64,000 bases of DNA from a virus. This document shows, piece after piece, positions 1 to 10,010 of this stretch; positions within the stretch are counted from its first letter, which is position 1; each line of letters opens with the position of its first letter. Made by a program: the position numbers and the translations under genes. The DNA lies in the UHGV virus genome UHGV-0039337, one strand, 5' to 3'. The notes under the pieces were generated by a model. That model saw only the letters and a list, made by a program, of their open reading frames with translations. It had not been told where the DNA came from and searched no databases.

Positions 1-89
1 ACGTAACTATAAATATGAATTATAGAACTACAAGTGGAGGCGGATACAGTAATAAAGATATAGAAAATATAATTAATAATTTCATGTAA
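1..89 (+). CDS. 3' end of an upstream gene (partial; only ~29 codons in window)
   Basis: Frame 3 is open from the window edge to TAA at 87-89 (..NYRTTSGGGYSNKDIENIINNFM*). A terminator follows immediately. Function cannot be assigned. Confidence 0.3.
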   Translation, partial: VTINMNYRTTSGGGYSNKDIENIINNFM

Positions 90-119
90 GGCTGATACAT
101 AAAAGTATCAGCCCTTTTT
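90..119 (+). terminator. rho-independent terminator
   Basis: Perfect 9-bp stem GGCTGATAC / GTATCAGCC with a 6-nt loop, followed by CTTTTT. Confidence 0.7.
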
Positions 120-140
120 GTAAAGGATGGTGAGATATGT

Positions 141-3100
141 TTGACTAATATAAATTATGATGAAATCGTTAAGAAGTATCAACAAATGGTTAAAAGTAGA
201 AAAGAAAGCGGAGATATAGATATAAATGACTATTTACCTAATATAAATGAAATGATTAAAGAAGATTGCGTATGGGATGTAGTAAAATCTATACAGAAAG
301 ATTTGGGAGATAAAAAAAGTAGTAAAGAAGATGCGGCTTATTATATAGAAAAACCTCCTATTACTAAACCTGGATATTATGAAGATAAACAATGCTTCGT
401 TCTTAAAGCTAGAAAATTTAAAGCTTCTAAAGGAGATTGGGATTTAGGAAATATAACAGGAGACACTTGGGCATTCAATATAGATGATTTAAGTGCAGGT
501 GGTTCCTTTACTGTAAATAATAAAACCTATAATTCTTTTAAAAATTATGCGATAGATAACCAAAAAATTAATTGTGCAAATCTTCAGGTAAGATCAGCTT
601 CTATTACTGCTAGTAAAATATGCCACTATACTGCTTGCGCGCTTCCTAACGATAAAGGCATAAAAACCGTTCAAGAAAAGTATGCAACAGCAGTATTAAA
701 ACGTTATAATGTTTTGCCACATAAGATAAATAAAAACAAATCAAAGGATCCTGATAAATGGACTATTACTAATTATAAAGATGACGATGTAATAAATTTC
801 TTAAATTATAACGGTACATATTGCCAAATAATAAAAGATTTGAACGCTAAAGATTATTTGCAAGATGAAACAAAAAAAAGTAACTACAGTTATTTTGTAA
901 TAGCTGCTTCTAATGATTGGGGTAGTGAAACTTTAAGGGACGGATATAAAGCACAATATAGAGTACGTAAATTAATAGAAAATAAAAACATAAAAGATAT
1001 AATAATAATCCTAGATAGGAATGCAGCAATAGGTAAAAAGATAGAGAAAACAAGTTTGTACTATAACTCGTTCTTCTTCAATCCTTCTCTTGTAGGACAA
1101 TTAATTAATGATGTTTTTAGTAGGGACATAATGGACTTCTCACTTGCTAGTGCTGATATACTTCCTTTTGGCTGTGATAGATACGGAGAAATGTTAGGAA
1201 ATGTATACGTTAAATTAAAAGCAGATACTGGTGATACATGGATAAACTTATCCAAATACGTTTTATCAGGTTCAGATTTTACAGAACCAGCGAATAAATT
1301 CTATGATGATTCATTAGATGAAATATATGGTGGAACAACTGATGCGTTTAGACAATGGAATACTGTAGGAAATAATTATAAATATGTTGATTCATTGACT
1401 GAAAGTGGCAAGAAATCATATAAAGATAGAATAAAACTACATAAGAGTTTAACTGGTATAGATTTTTCTGTAGCTCGAGATCATACAGTTCTATTAGGAG
1501 ATACTTTATTTATGATACCTCCTGAAGCTATTCACACATCTTCTAGCCTTGATTATGAAAAATTACCTATATTAAGAGGTAAAGGTTCTATGATGAAAAA
1601 TAGAGGAAATGTCGAAGAAGTCATAGAGCTAGAATTATATTTCAATGGAGAATATGGAATTAATGGTATACCATATGAAGTAAAGACTCCTAGCGGGCAA
1701 AAGCTTACTTATTTTATGAATGGGTTAAGGTCATTAATTGCACAATTTAGAGTTGCTCCATTTCTACCTATAGAAAATCATTATATAAATGACATATTAA
1801 ACATAGAAGCAGTGAGTCTAGTTAATATGAATGTATCAACACTCGATGGATTTCCTAGACTATTAAAAGTAGTTCTTACTCTTCGTGATTTTAATTATAG
1901 AGTATTTATGCCTGATTTACCATTACCTGAATACGATATAGAATCTACAGAGATATCGCAAACTCAACCTATATTTGCTCAACATTTTAATTGGGAATTA
2001 TTCAGATATTACTATCAACGTGGACTCATAAATGGGGACTTATTAGAACAATATAACTATAACTCTTATAAATATAGCGACTTTTTATATTCAAATAAAA
2101 ATGTATATAAATCTGCTGATTTAACAGATTCTAATTTTGAGTTATATATTCCTGATACGTCATGGCTAAAATATGCATTACAAGTTAAAAAGACTAGAGA
2201 TCAATATGGACAAATAGATACTAGCGATCTGGACAAAGACACTACCAATAAAAAAGATGAAAAAAAATCTATAAGTGATTTTACTGTCATACTTGGAGAC
2301 AAGCCATATTTTTCTAAAGGTGAATTAAAAGCAAATAATAAAGAACAGTATAGCGATCTAGATGAATTAGGAAGATGTGGAACTGCTTTTGCTATATTAA
2401 ATAAAAGCATGATGCCTAAAAGCAGTGAAAAAAGAGAAGACATAAGCAGTGTAACTCCTTCTGGTTGGAAGAACAAAACATATAGTTCGTTAAAAGATGA
2501 TTCTAATACTAGTGGTTCTTTATATAATCGCTGCCATTTAATAGGTTGGCAATTAACAGGACAAAATGCTAATAAAAAGAACTTAATAACAGGTACACGT
2601 TTGCTAAACGTTGGTATTAATGGAGATAATACACCTGAATATGGCGGTATGGTTTATTATGAAAATCTTGTAGCTAAATATTTAAAAAACAATCCTAAAA
2701 ATCATGTAGCTTACAGAGTTACTCCTAAATATAATGGAAGTAATTTAGTTGCTTCTGGTGTTCAGATGGAAGGTTATTCTATTGAAGATAATGGAAAAGG
2801 TGTATGCTTTAATGTTTATATAAGAAATATACAACCTGGAATATCTATAGATTATGCAACAGGTAATAGCAAACAATCTACACAAGAACAAAAAGAAGTA
2901 CTGTATAATTATTATGATTATAAAAATCCTAGAAATATGAAATTCGTACCATATTTACAATCTAAAACAGGTAAAAGTATTCCTATAGAATTAGACGCTA
3001 TTAGTTTTAATATGTCTAATTATTTTACGGAAACATATTTAAAAGCTGTAGATGGTTATGCTCCTCAATATATGGGCGGTAGTGATGTGAATATACAATT

Positions 3101-6100
3101 AAATATGACACTTACAGATGAATATCTAGTAAGTGCATTAAAGAATTTACCACATGTAATACTTGAAATGGTAAAAATTTATAGACGTGTAATGCCATGT
3201 TTCCCGCTTAAGATAAAAAATGAATATTTACAAATGATAGGTGTGAATGAAGTAGTATTTGATAACATAAGTGTATCTACTAAACCTGGACATCCTGGAA
3301 CATATGAAGTTACAGTTAAGCTTACTAGTATGGATCGTTCTATGAGACAAAGAGAAGCGTTAAAAAAAGCAGATTCTAAAGGAAATATGACAACTTCAGA
3401 TATTACTAATACTATAGGTAGTTATTTTAATTTACAAGATTCGTTAGCTGCAGCTGAATTATATCCTGATTTAGATTTGCCTACCATAGAAGAACTAAAT
3501 AAACTAGGTTGGAAATTTGCTAAATGGGCTAATGAAAAAAGAGTATATGTAGATCCTGATTTTTACATGTGCTATTCATTTCAATATGCTAGCAAATTAG
3601 TAAAAGAAGTTGTGAATAATGTATTATACAGAATATCTTACAATGCCGGTAATGATTCTATTAAAGCTGCAGCCAATGGCGAAAAAGAAAACGCTTCTAA
3701 ACAAAATAAGTCTAAAGAGATTAATTCATTACAAGTTATAGATGATAAAGGTATAGGGTTAAATGTATCTTCGGGTATAGAATGCGACGGAATTAATATG
3801 GATAAAAAATTAGGATTTGCTAACTTATATGAAAAAACAATGATTGATATACAAAATAAAGCAAACTCTGATGACACTAAAAAGAAAAAAGTAAAAAGTA
3901 ATTTGCCTACTAAAGAACAGCGTGAATCTACAATAAAAGCTATAGAATTTTTAACTGCTTCTGGTATAGAAAATGGATGGCAAATATGTCCTGGATGGTA
4001 TGCTCCATTATGTGATGATTATGTAAATAACTGTATAGAAAACTATGAGAAATCAGGAATAGAAAAGAAAAAAGATGGTGGAAGTAGTGAATACGATAAG
4101 TTTGCAGAAGAAATATATGACATCAGACATAGAGCTATTATGCTAATAAATAGAATATTAGATAAACCTTTAATTTCTGGTTCTGATAAATCAGATGATC
4201 CTTTAGTTTGTGTTCATGATGCTGTGTATAATCTATTAGCAAATAATGATGGTTCTAGATTAATAAATTTATTATGTCCTATGCAGGATGTTGCAAATAA
4301 TAGAGTAGAAACGCCTAATACTTCATATGTTGGAAGTGACAATATTCTAAAACTAGAATCAAAGTTTTTTGAAAAAGCTAATCCTCTTAAATGGATACAA
4401 GGGTTGTTATATTCATTAGCATGTTCTCGTTCAGGTGCAGAAACATACAGTGAATCTAAAAAAGACTGTAACTGGCAACCCGTACAATTTCGAACTACAA
4501 AAGATTCAAAGAAAATGCCTAACAATAAAATTAAACAAGGTAGAGGTATTAGTGGCGACGGTATGTTAGCAGAATCTGAAGAGTCATGGAAAAAAGATGG
4601 TATTAGTTTTGGTGCAGGACAAATAAGTGTATATAATAAATCAGAAATTAGAACTATGTTACAACCAGAAAGTAAGATTAAATACTTTGATTATAATTAT
4701 AAAACTGGAGCATCAGAATATTATAATAATATGTATTATAAAACTAAAAAAGCTAAGCGTAAAAGATTCTGCGAAACAGGTTTCATAGATCAATATTATA
4801 ACTATGTTGGTTATAATTCTAAAGAAGGGCAACAATTTATAGAACATATAAGTAATTCTCAAACAGCAAACTACGAAGCTTTATTACGTGAAGTGCTTAT
4901 GTATCTTAAATATCTTATAATGGAAGGTCTTATTTTTAATGAAGTAGATATTATAGCTGGAGATTGGACTAATGTATTAGATGATATAGTTAAATATGCT
5001 GGTGCTCTTCAAGATAATAGTAATCCACACGTTAATTATTTTGCATCACAAGGAAATATACACAATTCTATAGTAGATGCATCATCTCCTGATGACGAAG
5101 GAGATGGCGACGATACTGATGATAAAAAAGAAAACGATGAATTAGCCAGAATAGCAAATCATTTAAAGAAAGAAATACCTGATTCTTATAGTAAGTTATT
5201 TTGCTCTAGATTAGTTTATCCTTTTGCAATAGCTTCATGTAATAATCAAAAAGATATTCTTAACTTAATAAAGGATAGAGATTATGATACGCTTAGTGTG
5301 TACACTTTATCAGCTAATGTAGGTGGTTCTAATAATGATAAATTTGATAATTTTTTAAGTGCTATGTATGGTATAGGAATGATAGGTTCATGTAATACTA
5401 TGGATTCTGCAGAAACAACAAGTAATACTCAAAAGGCATTTAATACTTTAATGGCTGAAGCTTTTACTGCTATGTCTGATGATCCTAGATGTTACGCATT
5501 ACATAGTTATTATGACATGTGTGTAACAGATAAAAGAGGTAGATTATTAAGGGCTTTTCCTTGTTACTATATGTTATTTGTAGATGAAGGTAGAACTATA
5601 GGCTCATGGAAGTTATTTGATAATTTTTACAATATGTCAAGTATATCCAATTTGCAAGTAGTTAAGTCTAGAAAGATACCTGCAGATACTTGCACGTTTA
5701 CCATGTCTAATATGTTTATGTCATATGCTGATACGTATGATAATACAATATATCAACAATATGCAGATGTTTATGGATTTGGTGATGTATTTGCATCTAT
5801 ATTTTCACCTCATGCTTATGTATCAAAAGAAGATATGATAAGACAACGTAGACAATTAACAGATACTACAGCTATAGCTCCAGGTGTTCGTATACATGTA
5901 AGAATGGGATATGGTTCAGATGGTTCAAGATTACCTATAGTATTTAATGGTAAAGTTGCTGAAGTTAACTGTGGTGAAACAGTTGATATAGTTGCGCAAG
6001 GAGACGGACATGAATTAAATAATCCACTTAATGCATTAGGTGAATTAACAGCTATTAATTTAGACGAAAGTCAAGGATGGTTTACATTATTTAAAGATAT

Positions 6101-8561
6101 ACGTGGATCTCTTGCTCGTGGTGGCCAAACACCTAGAAATCTATTAGCTAAATTAAGTACGGCTCAATATGGAGGAGCTTTTAAAACTGCAGTTAGAGAA
6201 TATACAAAAGGTAGATTCTTTTATGATAATCCTTTTGGTATATATCATTTTGGAGATAAAAGATTTAAAGATATTTTTGAAGATAGTGAAATTGTACAAA
6301 ACATGTATGAAGTGTCTAACAAAACTATACTTAATGGTGTTAATGATCTATTAGATGATATGAGTACAGTTAATGTATCTCCAACTATTAACTGTAACAT
6401 ACAAGATAAGACATTATGGGATATAGGACATTTATGTGCTAACAGTGGCGATGATTATTATTTTGCAGTACGTGATTTTGGTATGAGAAGTACTATGTGT
6501 TTATGTAAAGCTAATCATTATTATGCTTATGAATATCAAGAAGTAGAAGCTAACGATACTATAGTAGAAAAACGTAAACCTTTTCAACAATTCCATTATT
6601 ATGACTCATACAATGATATTATTTATAATAGTTTAAAAGCTATTGAAACTAATATGAAAACTAATGCTGTTGGTACTTGGGAAGGTACAGATTGGTTATG
6701 GGGTACTGCTCAACAATCAGTTGGTCCTATATATCTTGATATGAATATATACCCTGAATATCAAAAATCTATGATGGTAGATACAGGGTTAATATCAGGT
6801 GGAGATGGTGGTATAGATATACCAGTATTAAATGCTCTATCAGAAAAATTTAATTATGATGAATATCAAGGTAGAGTTAATAAATCGTTAGCTGAAAAAG
6901 TAACTACTAATGTATTAAGACAATCTGTAAAAGATATGTATGATGGAGAAATATGTATATTGGGTGATTCTTCACTTAAACCATATGACAGAGTATCGTT
7001 GGTAGATTTGTATGAAGATGTTAGCGGAGACGTAGAAGTAGAAACAGTTATATATTCAATGAATATAGAAACAGGATTTACAACTACATTTATACCAGAT
7101 GTAATAGTAAGATCAAATCATACCAGTCAAGAGTTTGGAGTACAAACAACTTTAGGAAGTATGTTATTATGCTTGGGAGGAACTCTTGGACTTAAGTATG
7201 CTACAATGGCAAGTGCTGAAAAAGGAATGGCTGGATTATTTAAAATAGGATCTAAGAGTATAGTTAAAGAATTAGCTGGAAAAATAGTTACAGAATCTAC
7301 AACTAAAACTGCAATAAGCGCATTTCTTGAAGGTTTTAAAGATGCAGGAATAGGAAGCGTCCTTACCAATCCTGTAGCAATAGCTTCTACTGTGATAGCA
7401 GGAGCTAGTGTGTTTATGTTAACTCAAAACGTTATGGAAAGTTTTTATCGTTGGTGTCGTAATATACAAGCATTAACAGTTTTTCCTATTAGTAAAAATG
7501 GTAGATTATTAATAGCAGGTATGGCCGGACATAGAGGAACAGTATATGGATATAAATACGGAAAGGGAGCTATTGATAATTCTATTCAAGGTGTAGTAAT
7601 GAACTTTTTAGAGGGGACTACAGATACTGGAACTTCTGCTGATCCATTAATAAACGTTATAGGTCATGTGTTTAAGTTTATATTATGCGACGATAATTAT
7701 ACTAAAATAAGAAACAAATGGATTACTAGCTTAGGTCTTACTAATAGTGATGATATAGTTAATAAAGATGGTGCAAGTAAAAGCGTAAATCAAGAGGCAT
7801 TTTATCAATATATGAATAACTCAATATCAAAAGAATATACTTCTCGAGCAACTTATTTAGCGGCTATGAAAACTAAACCTAGAATTACAAGCTTTAGTAC
7901 TTCTACTAATGTAAACGGTAAATCAAAAGTGAGAACTAGTGAAATATATCTTAAATATCAAATAGGCGGAGTAAATGATTTATCTAATCCTGATAAAGAT
8001 CCTACCAGAGAAGCAGTAACAGTTAAACAATTAGCTACTAATGAAAGAGTAAAATCATTACTTCCTGTAGAAGATGATCCTGATATTAAATTAGCTATAG
8101 TTGGTTCTCACCCTGTAATTAAAAAGTTTAACTTTGCACATTCATCTTCTTATCTTACTTTTAATTTAAAAATGGAAAATGAGAATACTATTATTCGTTA
8201 TATGGCAGAAGGTACTGACCCTACAATATTCGATTTGCCTATGGTACAAGAAGATGCTTTACTGTTAATTAAACTTATAATAAATGCAGATAATCTTAAA
8301 GGTAAAACAGTTACTTTTATGAGTGGTACAAGAGTTAACAGCACTTCTTCATGGAAGAGCACAGGTTTCTGGTTTTCTTTATCTTGTGATGATATGACAG
8401 CTTTAGAAGCTGCTAGTGAAGAACTTAAAAAAGAATCTAGTTGGACAAAATCTAAATCTACATTTGCCTATAAACGTTCTCAAAATTCTATACAATATAC
8501 TGTTTATGCACCTATAGAAACAGTAGATAAAACTATTTATGAATCTGCAGGAGATGATTAA
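141..8561 (+). CDS. giant tail protein (2806 aa), probable tape-measure protein, with an embedded EndA/NucM-type DNA/RNA non-specific nuclease domain (about nt 2279-2866) and a C-terminal pair of hydrophobic/transmembrane-like segments (about nt 7140-7430)
   Basis: TTG start at 141 after GGATGGTGA. Uninterrupted 8.4 kb ORF in AT-rich DNA. Internal segment ..ISSVTPSGWKNKTY..SLYNRCHLIGWQLTGQNANKKNLITGTRLLN..MVYYENLVAKYL..VAYRVTPKYNGSNLVASGVQMEGYSIEDNGKGVCFNVYIRNIQPGISIDYATG matches the streptococcal EndA / Bacillus NucA DNA-entry-nuclease family pattern (PsGW .. dRGHLigyqL .. mvyyE .. yrVtPiY .. fNVyv.N.q .. IdYatG). Hydrophobic stretches LGSMLLCLGGTLGL and PVAIASTVIAGASVFML near the C-terminus, together with the position immediately upstream of baseplate genes, fit a tape measure. 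Confidence 0.55.
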   Translation: MTNINYDEIVKKYQQMVKSRKESGDIDINDYLPNINEMIKEDCVWDVVKSIQKDLGDKKSSKEDAAYYIEKPPITKPGYYEDKQCFVLKARKFKASKGDWDLGNITGDTWAFNIDDLSAGGSFTVNNKTYNSFKNYAIDNQKINCANLQVRSASITASKICHYTACALPNDKGIKTVQEKYATAVLKRYNVLPHKINKNKSKDPDKWTITNYKDDDVINFLNYNGTYCQIIKDLNAKDYLQDETKKSNYSYFVIAASNDWGSETLRDGYKAQYRVRKLIENKNIKDIIIILDRNAAIGKKIEKTSLYYNSFFFNPSLVGQLINDVFSRDIMDFSLASADILPFGCDRYGEMLGNVYVKLKADTGDTWINLSKYVLSGSDFTEPANKFYDDSLDEIYGGTTDAFRQWNTVGNNYKYVDSLTESGKKSYKDRIKLHKSLTGIDFSVARDHTVLLGDTLFMIPPEAIHTSSSLDYEKLPILRGKGSMMKNRGNVEEVIELELYFNGEYGINGIPYEVKTPSGQKLTYFMNGLRSLIAQFRVAPFLPIENHYINDILNIEAVSLVNMNVSTLDGFPRLLKVVLTLRDFNYRVFMPDLPLPEYDIESTEISQTQPIFAQHFNWELFRYYYQRGLINGDLLEQYNYNSYKYSDFLYSNKNVYKSADLTDSNFELYIPDTSWLKYALQVKKTRDQYGQIDTSDLDKDTTNKKDEKKSISDFTVILGDKPYFSKGELKANNKEQYSDLDELGRCGTAFAILNKSMMPKSSEKREDISSVTPSGWKNKTYSSLKDDSNTSGSLYNRCHLIGWQLTGQNANKKNLITGTRLLNVGINGDNTPEYGGMVYYENLVAKYLKNNPKNHVAYRVTPKYNGSNLVASGVQMEGYSIEDNGKGVCFNVYIRNIQPGISIDYATGNSKQSTQEQKEVLYNYYDYKNPRNMKFVPYLQSKTGKSIPIELDAISFNMSNYFTETYLKAVDGYAPQYMGGSDVNIQLNMTLTDEYLVSALKNLPHVILEMVKIYRRVMPCFPLKIKNEYLQMIGVNEVVFDNISVSTKPGHPGTYEVTVKLTSMDRSMRQREALKKADSKGNMTTSDITNTIGSYFNLQDSLAAAELYPDLDLPTIEELNKLGWKFAKWANEKRVYVDPDFYMCYSFQYASKLVKEVVNNVLYRISYNAGNDSIKAAANGEKENASKQNKSKEINSLQVIDDKGIGLNVSSGIECDGINMDKKLGFANLYEKTMIDIQNKANSDDTKKKKVKSNLPTKEQRESTIKAIEFLTASGIENGWQICPGWYAPLCDDYVNNCIENYEKSGIEKKKDGGSSEYDKFAEEIYDIRHRAIMLINRILDKPLISGSDKSDDPLVCVHDAVYNLLANNDGSRLINLLCPMQDVANNRVETPNTSYVGSDNILKLESKFFEKANPLKWIQGLLYSLACSRSGAETYSESKKDCNWQPVQFRTTKDSKKMPNNKIKQGRGISGDGMLAESEESWKKDGISFGAGQISVYNKSEIRTMLQPESKIKYFDYNYKTGASEYYNNMYYKTKKAKRKRFCETGFIDQYYNYVGYNSKEGQQFIEHISNSQTANYEALLREVLMYLKYLIMEGLIFNEVDIIAGDWTNVLDDIVKYAGALQDNSNPHVNYFASQGNIHNSIVDASSPDDEGDGDDTDDKKENDELARIANHLKKEIPDSYSKLFCSRLVYPFAIASCNNQKDILNLIKDRDYDTLSVYTLSANVGGSNNDKFDNFLSAMYGIGMIGSCNTMDSAETTSNTQKAFNTLMAEAFTAMSDDPRCYALHSYYDMCVTDKRGRLLRAFPCYYMLFVDEGRTIGSWKLFDNFYNMSSISNLQVVKSRKIPADTCTFTMSNMFMSYADTYDNTIYQQYADVYGFGDVFASIFSPHAYVSKEDMIRQRRQLTDTTAIAPGVRIHVRMGYGSDGSRLPIVFNGKVAEVNCGETVDIVAQGDGHELNNPLNALGELTAINLDESQGWFTLFKDIRGSLARGGQTPRNLLAKLSTAQYGGAFKTAVREYTKGRFFYDNPFGIYHFGDKRFKDIFEDSEIVQNMYEVSNKTILNGVNDLLDDMSTVNVSPTINCNIQDKTLWDIGHLCANSGDDYYFAVRDFGMRSTMCLCKANHYYAYEYQEVEANDTIVEKRKPFQQFHYYDSYNDIIYNSLKAIETNMKTNAVGTWEGTDWLWGTAQQSVGPIYLDMNIYPEYQKSMMVDTGLISGGDGGIDIPVLNALSEKFNYDEYQGRVNKSLAEKVTTNVLRQSVKDMYDGEICILGDSSLKPYDRVSLVDLYEDVSGDVEVETVIYSMNIETGFTTTFIPDVIVRSNHTSQEFGVQTTLGSMLLCLGGTLGLKYATMASAEKGMAGLFKIGSKSIVKELAGKIVTESTTKTAISAFLEGFKDAGIGSVLTNPVAIASTVIAGASVFMLTQNVMESFYRWCRNIQALTVFPISKNGRLLIAGMAGHRGTVYGYKYGKGAIDNSIQGVVMNFLEGTTDTGTSADPLINVIGHVFKFILCDDNYTKIRNKWITSLGLTNSDDIVNKDGASKSVNQEAFYQYMNNSISKEYTSRATYLAAMKTKPRITSFSTSTNVNGKSKVRTSEIYLKYQIGGVNDLSNPDKDPTREAVTVKQLATNERVKSLLPVEDDPDIKLAIVGSHPVIKKFNFAHSSSYLTFNLKMENENTIIRYMAEGTDPTIFDLPMVQEDALLLIKLIINADNLKGKTVTFMSGTRVNSTSSWKSTGFWFSLSCDDMTALEAASEELKKESSWTKSKSTFAYKRSQNSIQYTVYAPIETVDKTIYESAGDD

Positions 8562-8564
8562 TCA

Positions 8565-8921
8565 ATGGGTAATTTAAGTGACGCTATTAAAGGTAAAGTA
8601 ATAGCAGGGAATAATAAATATGTAAATCAACAAGAAAAAAGAGCGACAGTAATAGCAACAAATAAAACAAGTAACCGATGTGTTATTTCTACTATTAATA
8701 GAGACGGTATAGTACAGGTATATTACAACGTACCTGTATTATATACCGCAACTGATAAAACTAATGTATCATGGTTTCCTGAAAACGGTGAAGAGGTTAT
8801 GGTATCAGAAAAAAATAAAGGATATGTTATAACTGGACCTTTTTCTACTAGACCTCATGTATCAACTGAATTTGATTTTTATTCAATGGGAACAGATGAT
8901 GCTGATGGAAATTTACAATAG
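8565..8921 (+). CDS. small baseplate/tail-tip assembly protein (beta-rich; possibly a gpV/XkdR-like hub component)
   Basis: 118-aa ORF 4 nt after the giant gene. Position and size resemble the small proteins that follow the tape measure in PBSX-like and Clostridium myophage tail modules. Confidence 0.35.
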   Translation: MGNLSDAIKGKVIAGNNKYVNQQEKRATVIATNKTSNRCVISTINRDGIVQVYYNVPVLYTATDKTNVSWFPENGEEVMVSEKNKGYVITGPFSTRPHVSTEFDFYSMGTDDADGNLQ

Positions 8922-8932
8922 GTGGTGATTAA

Positions 8933-9475
8933 ATGGCAAGTAAAGAAACTTATATATCAGCTTCTGATTTATGGGAGTTAGTAAATAATAATACTATTCA
9001 AGCAGCTGCAGGTGTAGACAAAGGAATTATAGGAAGAAACGGAGCTTCTGACATTATTAAAGGTAGTAACGTTAAAGTAACATCTACTAGTATGTATGCA
9101 CAAAGAATAACCAATGGTGATGTAGGAAATATAATAGATGAATCTTTACAACATAATATCAAAACTGTTCGTGCCAATGTTTCATGTAGTGATTTAATAG
9201 TTAATAATCATAAGATGAATTCTTATTTATATGAAATAACGAACATGAAAAAACTAAAAGGAACAGCTATAGGAAATTTTACTGTATCTGGTACAGTATT
9301 AGTTAAGACATATGATCCTAATCTTGAAAAGTGGGTATTAATACGTAGACAGGTAAGAGTGCCTATGTTTAGTAATTTATTAGATCCTTATAATATAGAT
9401 GAAAGATTAGATATACCTGATGCAAGCGAAACTATTTATAAATATAAAATAAACAAAGATGACGGTAATAAATAA
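8933..9475 (+). CDS. baseplate protein, function unknown
   Basis: 180-aa ORF. Its stop TAA overlaps the next start (TAATG), implying translational coupling. Confidence 0.35.
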   Translation: MASKETYISASDLWELVNNNTIQAAAGVDKGIIGRNGASDIIKGSNVKVTSTSMYAQRITNGDVGNIIDESLQHNIKTVRANVSCSDLIVNNHKMNSYLYEITNMKKLKGTAIGNFTVSGTVLVKTYDPNLEKWVLIRRQVRVPMFSNLLDPYNIDERLDIPDASETIYKYKINKDDGNK

Positions 9476-10008
9476 TGTATTATGATTTTCAATTAAATGA
9501 AAAAGGAGATATTTTATTTAAACAGTCTAATTGTGAAAACCCATCTTTTCAATTTGATTTTTATGTTGCAAAATCAAAAGGTCTTATATTTGATTTCTAT
9601 GTAGATAATAATGAAAACAAACAAGAATACTTAGATAATTTATATCCTCAGTTTGTTTTTGAATTTTACATAGATTCTCCTAAAAACGATAAGAAAATAA
9701 TGTGTATAGATACGAAAGAAGATTATATATATCAGCAAATAAAATTAAGACTAAGTTCTGCATTAGGAACTATAAAAAATAATGAAAACATAGGTAGTAA
9801 TTTAGATATTTACAAACATATGTTATTAAATCCAGATAAAAAGAAAAATTATACTGAACTTATTGATTGTGTTAGAGAAGCTATAAAAGATATTTTACCT
9901 AACGCTAAAATAGAAATATATAATAAACCTAGTATATATACTGATTTTACTAATAGTATAATAATATCTATAATTCAAGATGATTATAACTATTACTATT
10001 ATCTATAA
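9475..10008 (+). CDS. baseplate wedge protein, gp25/GPW-like
   Basis: 177 aa. Segment DYIYQQIKLRLSSALGTIKNNENIGSNLDIY resembles the GPW/gp25 signature (q.i...L.T..GE....p.fG..L). Confidence 0.4.
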   Translation: MYYDFQLNEKGDILFKQSNCENPSFQFDFYVAKSKGLIFDFYVDNNENKQEYLDNLYPQFVFEFYIDSPKNDKKIMCIDTKEDYIYQQIKLRLSSALGTIKNNENIGSNLDIYKHMLLNPDKKKNYTELIDCVREAIKDILPNAKIEIYNKPSIYTDFTNSIIISIIQDDYNYYYYL

Positions 10009-10010
10009 AG

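Noticed and set aside
141-8561. Giant nuclease-bearing protein as a polymorphic toxin (LXG/Rhs-type) rather than a virion protein
   Set aside because: The nuclease domain is internal, not C-terminal. There is no adjacent immunity-like small gene. The gene sits in-operon directly upstream of baseplate genes and has tape-measure-like hydrophobic segments.
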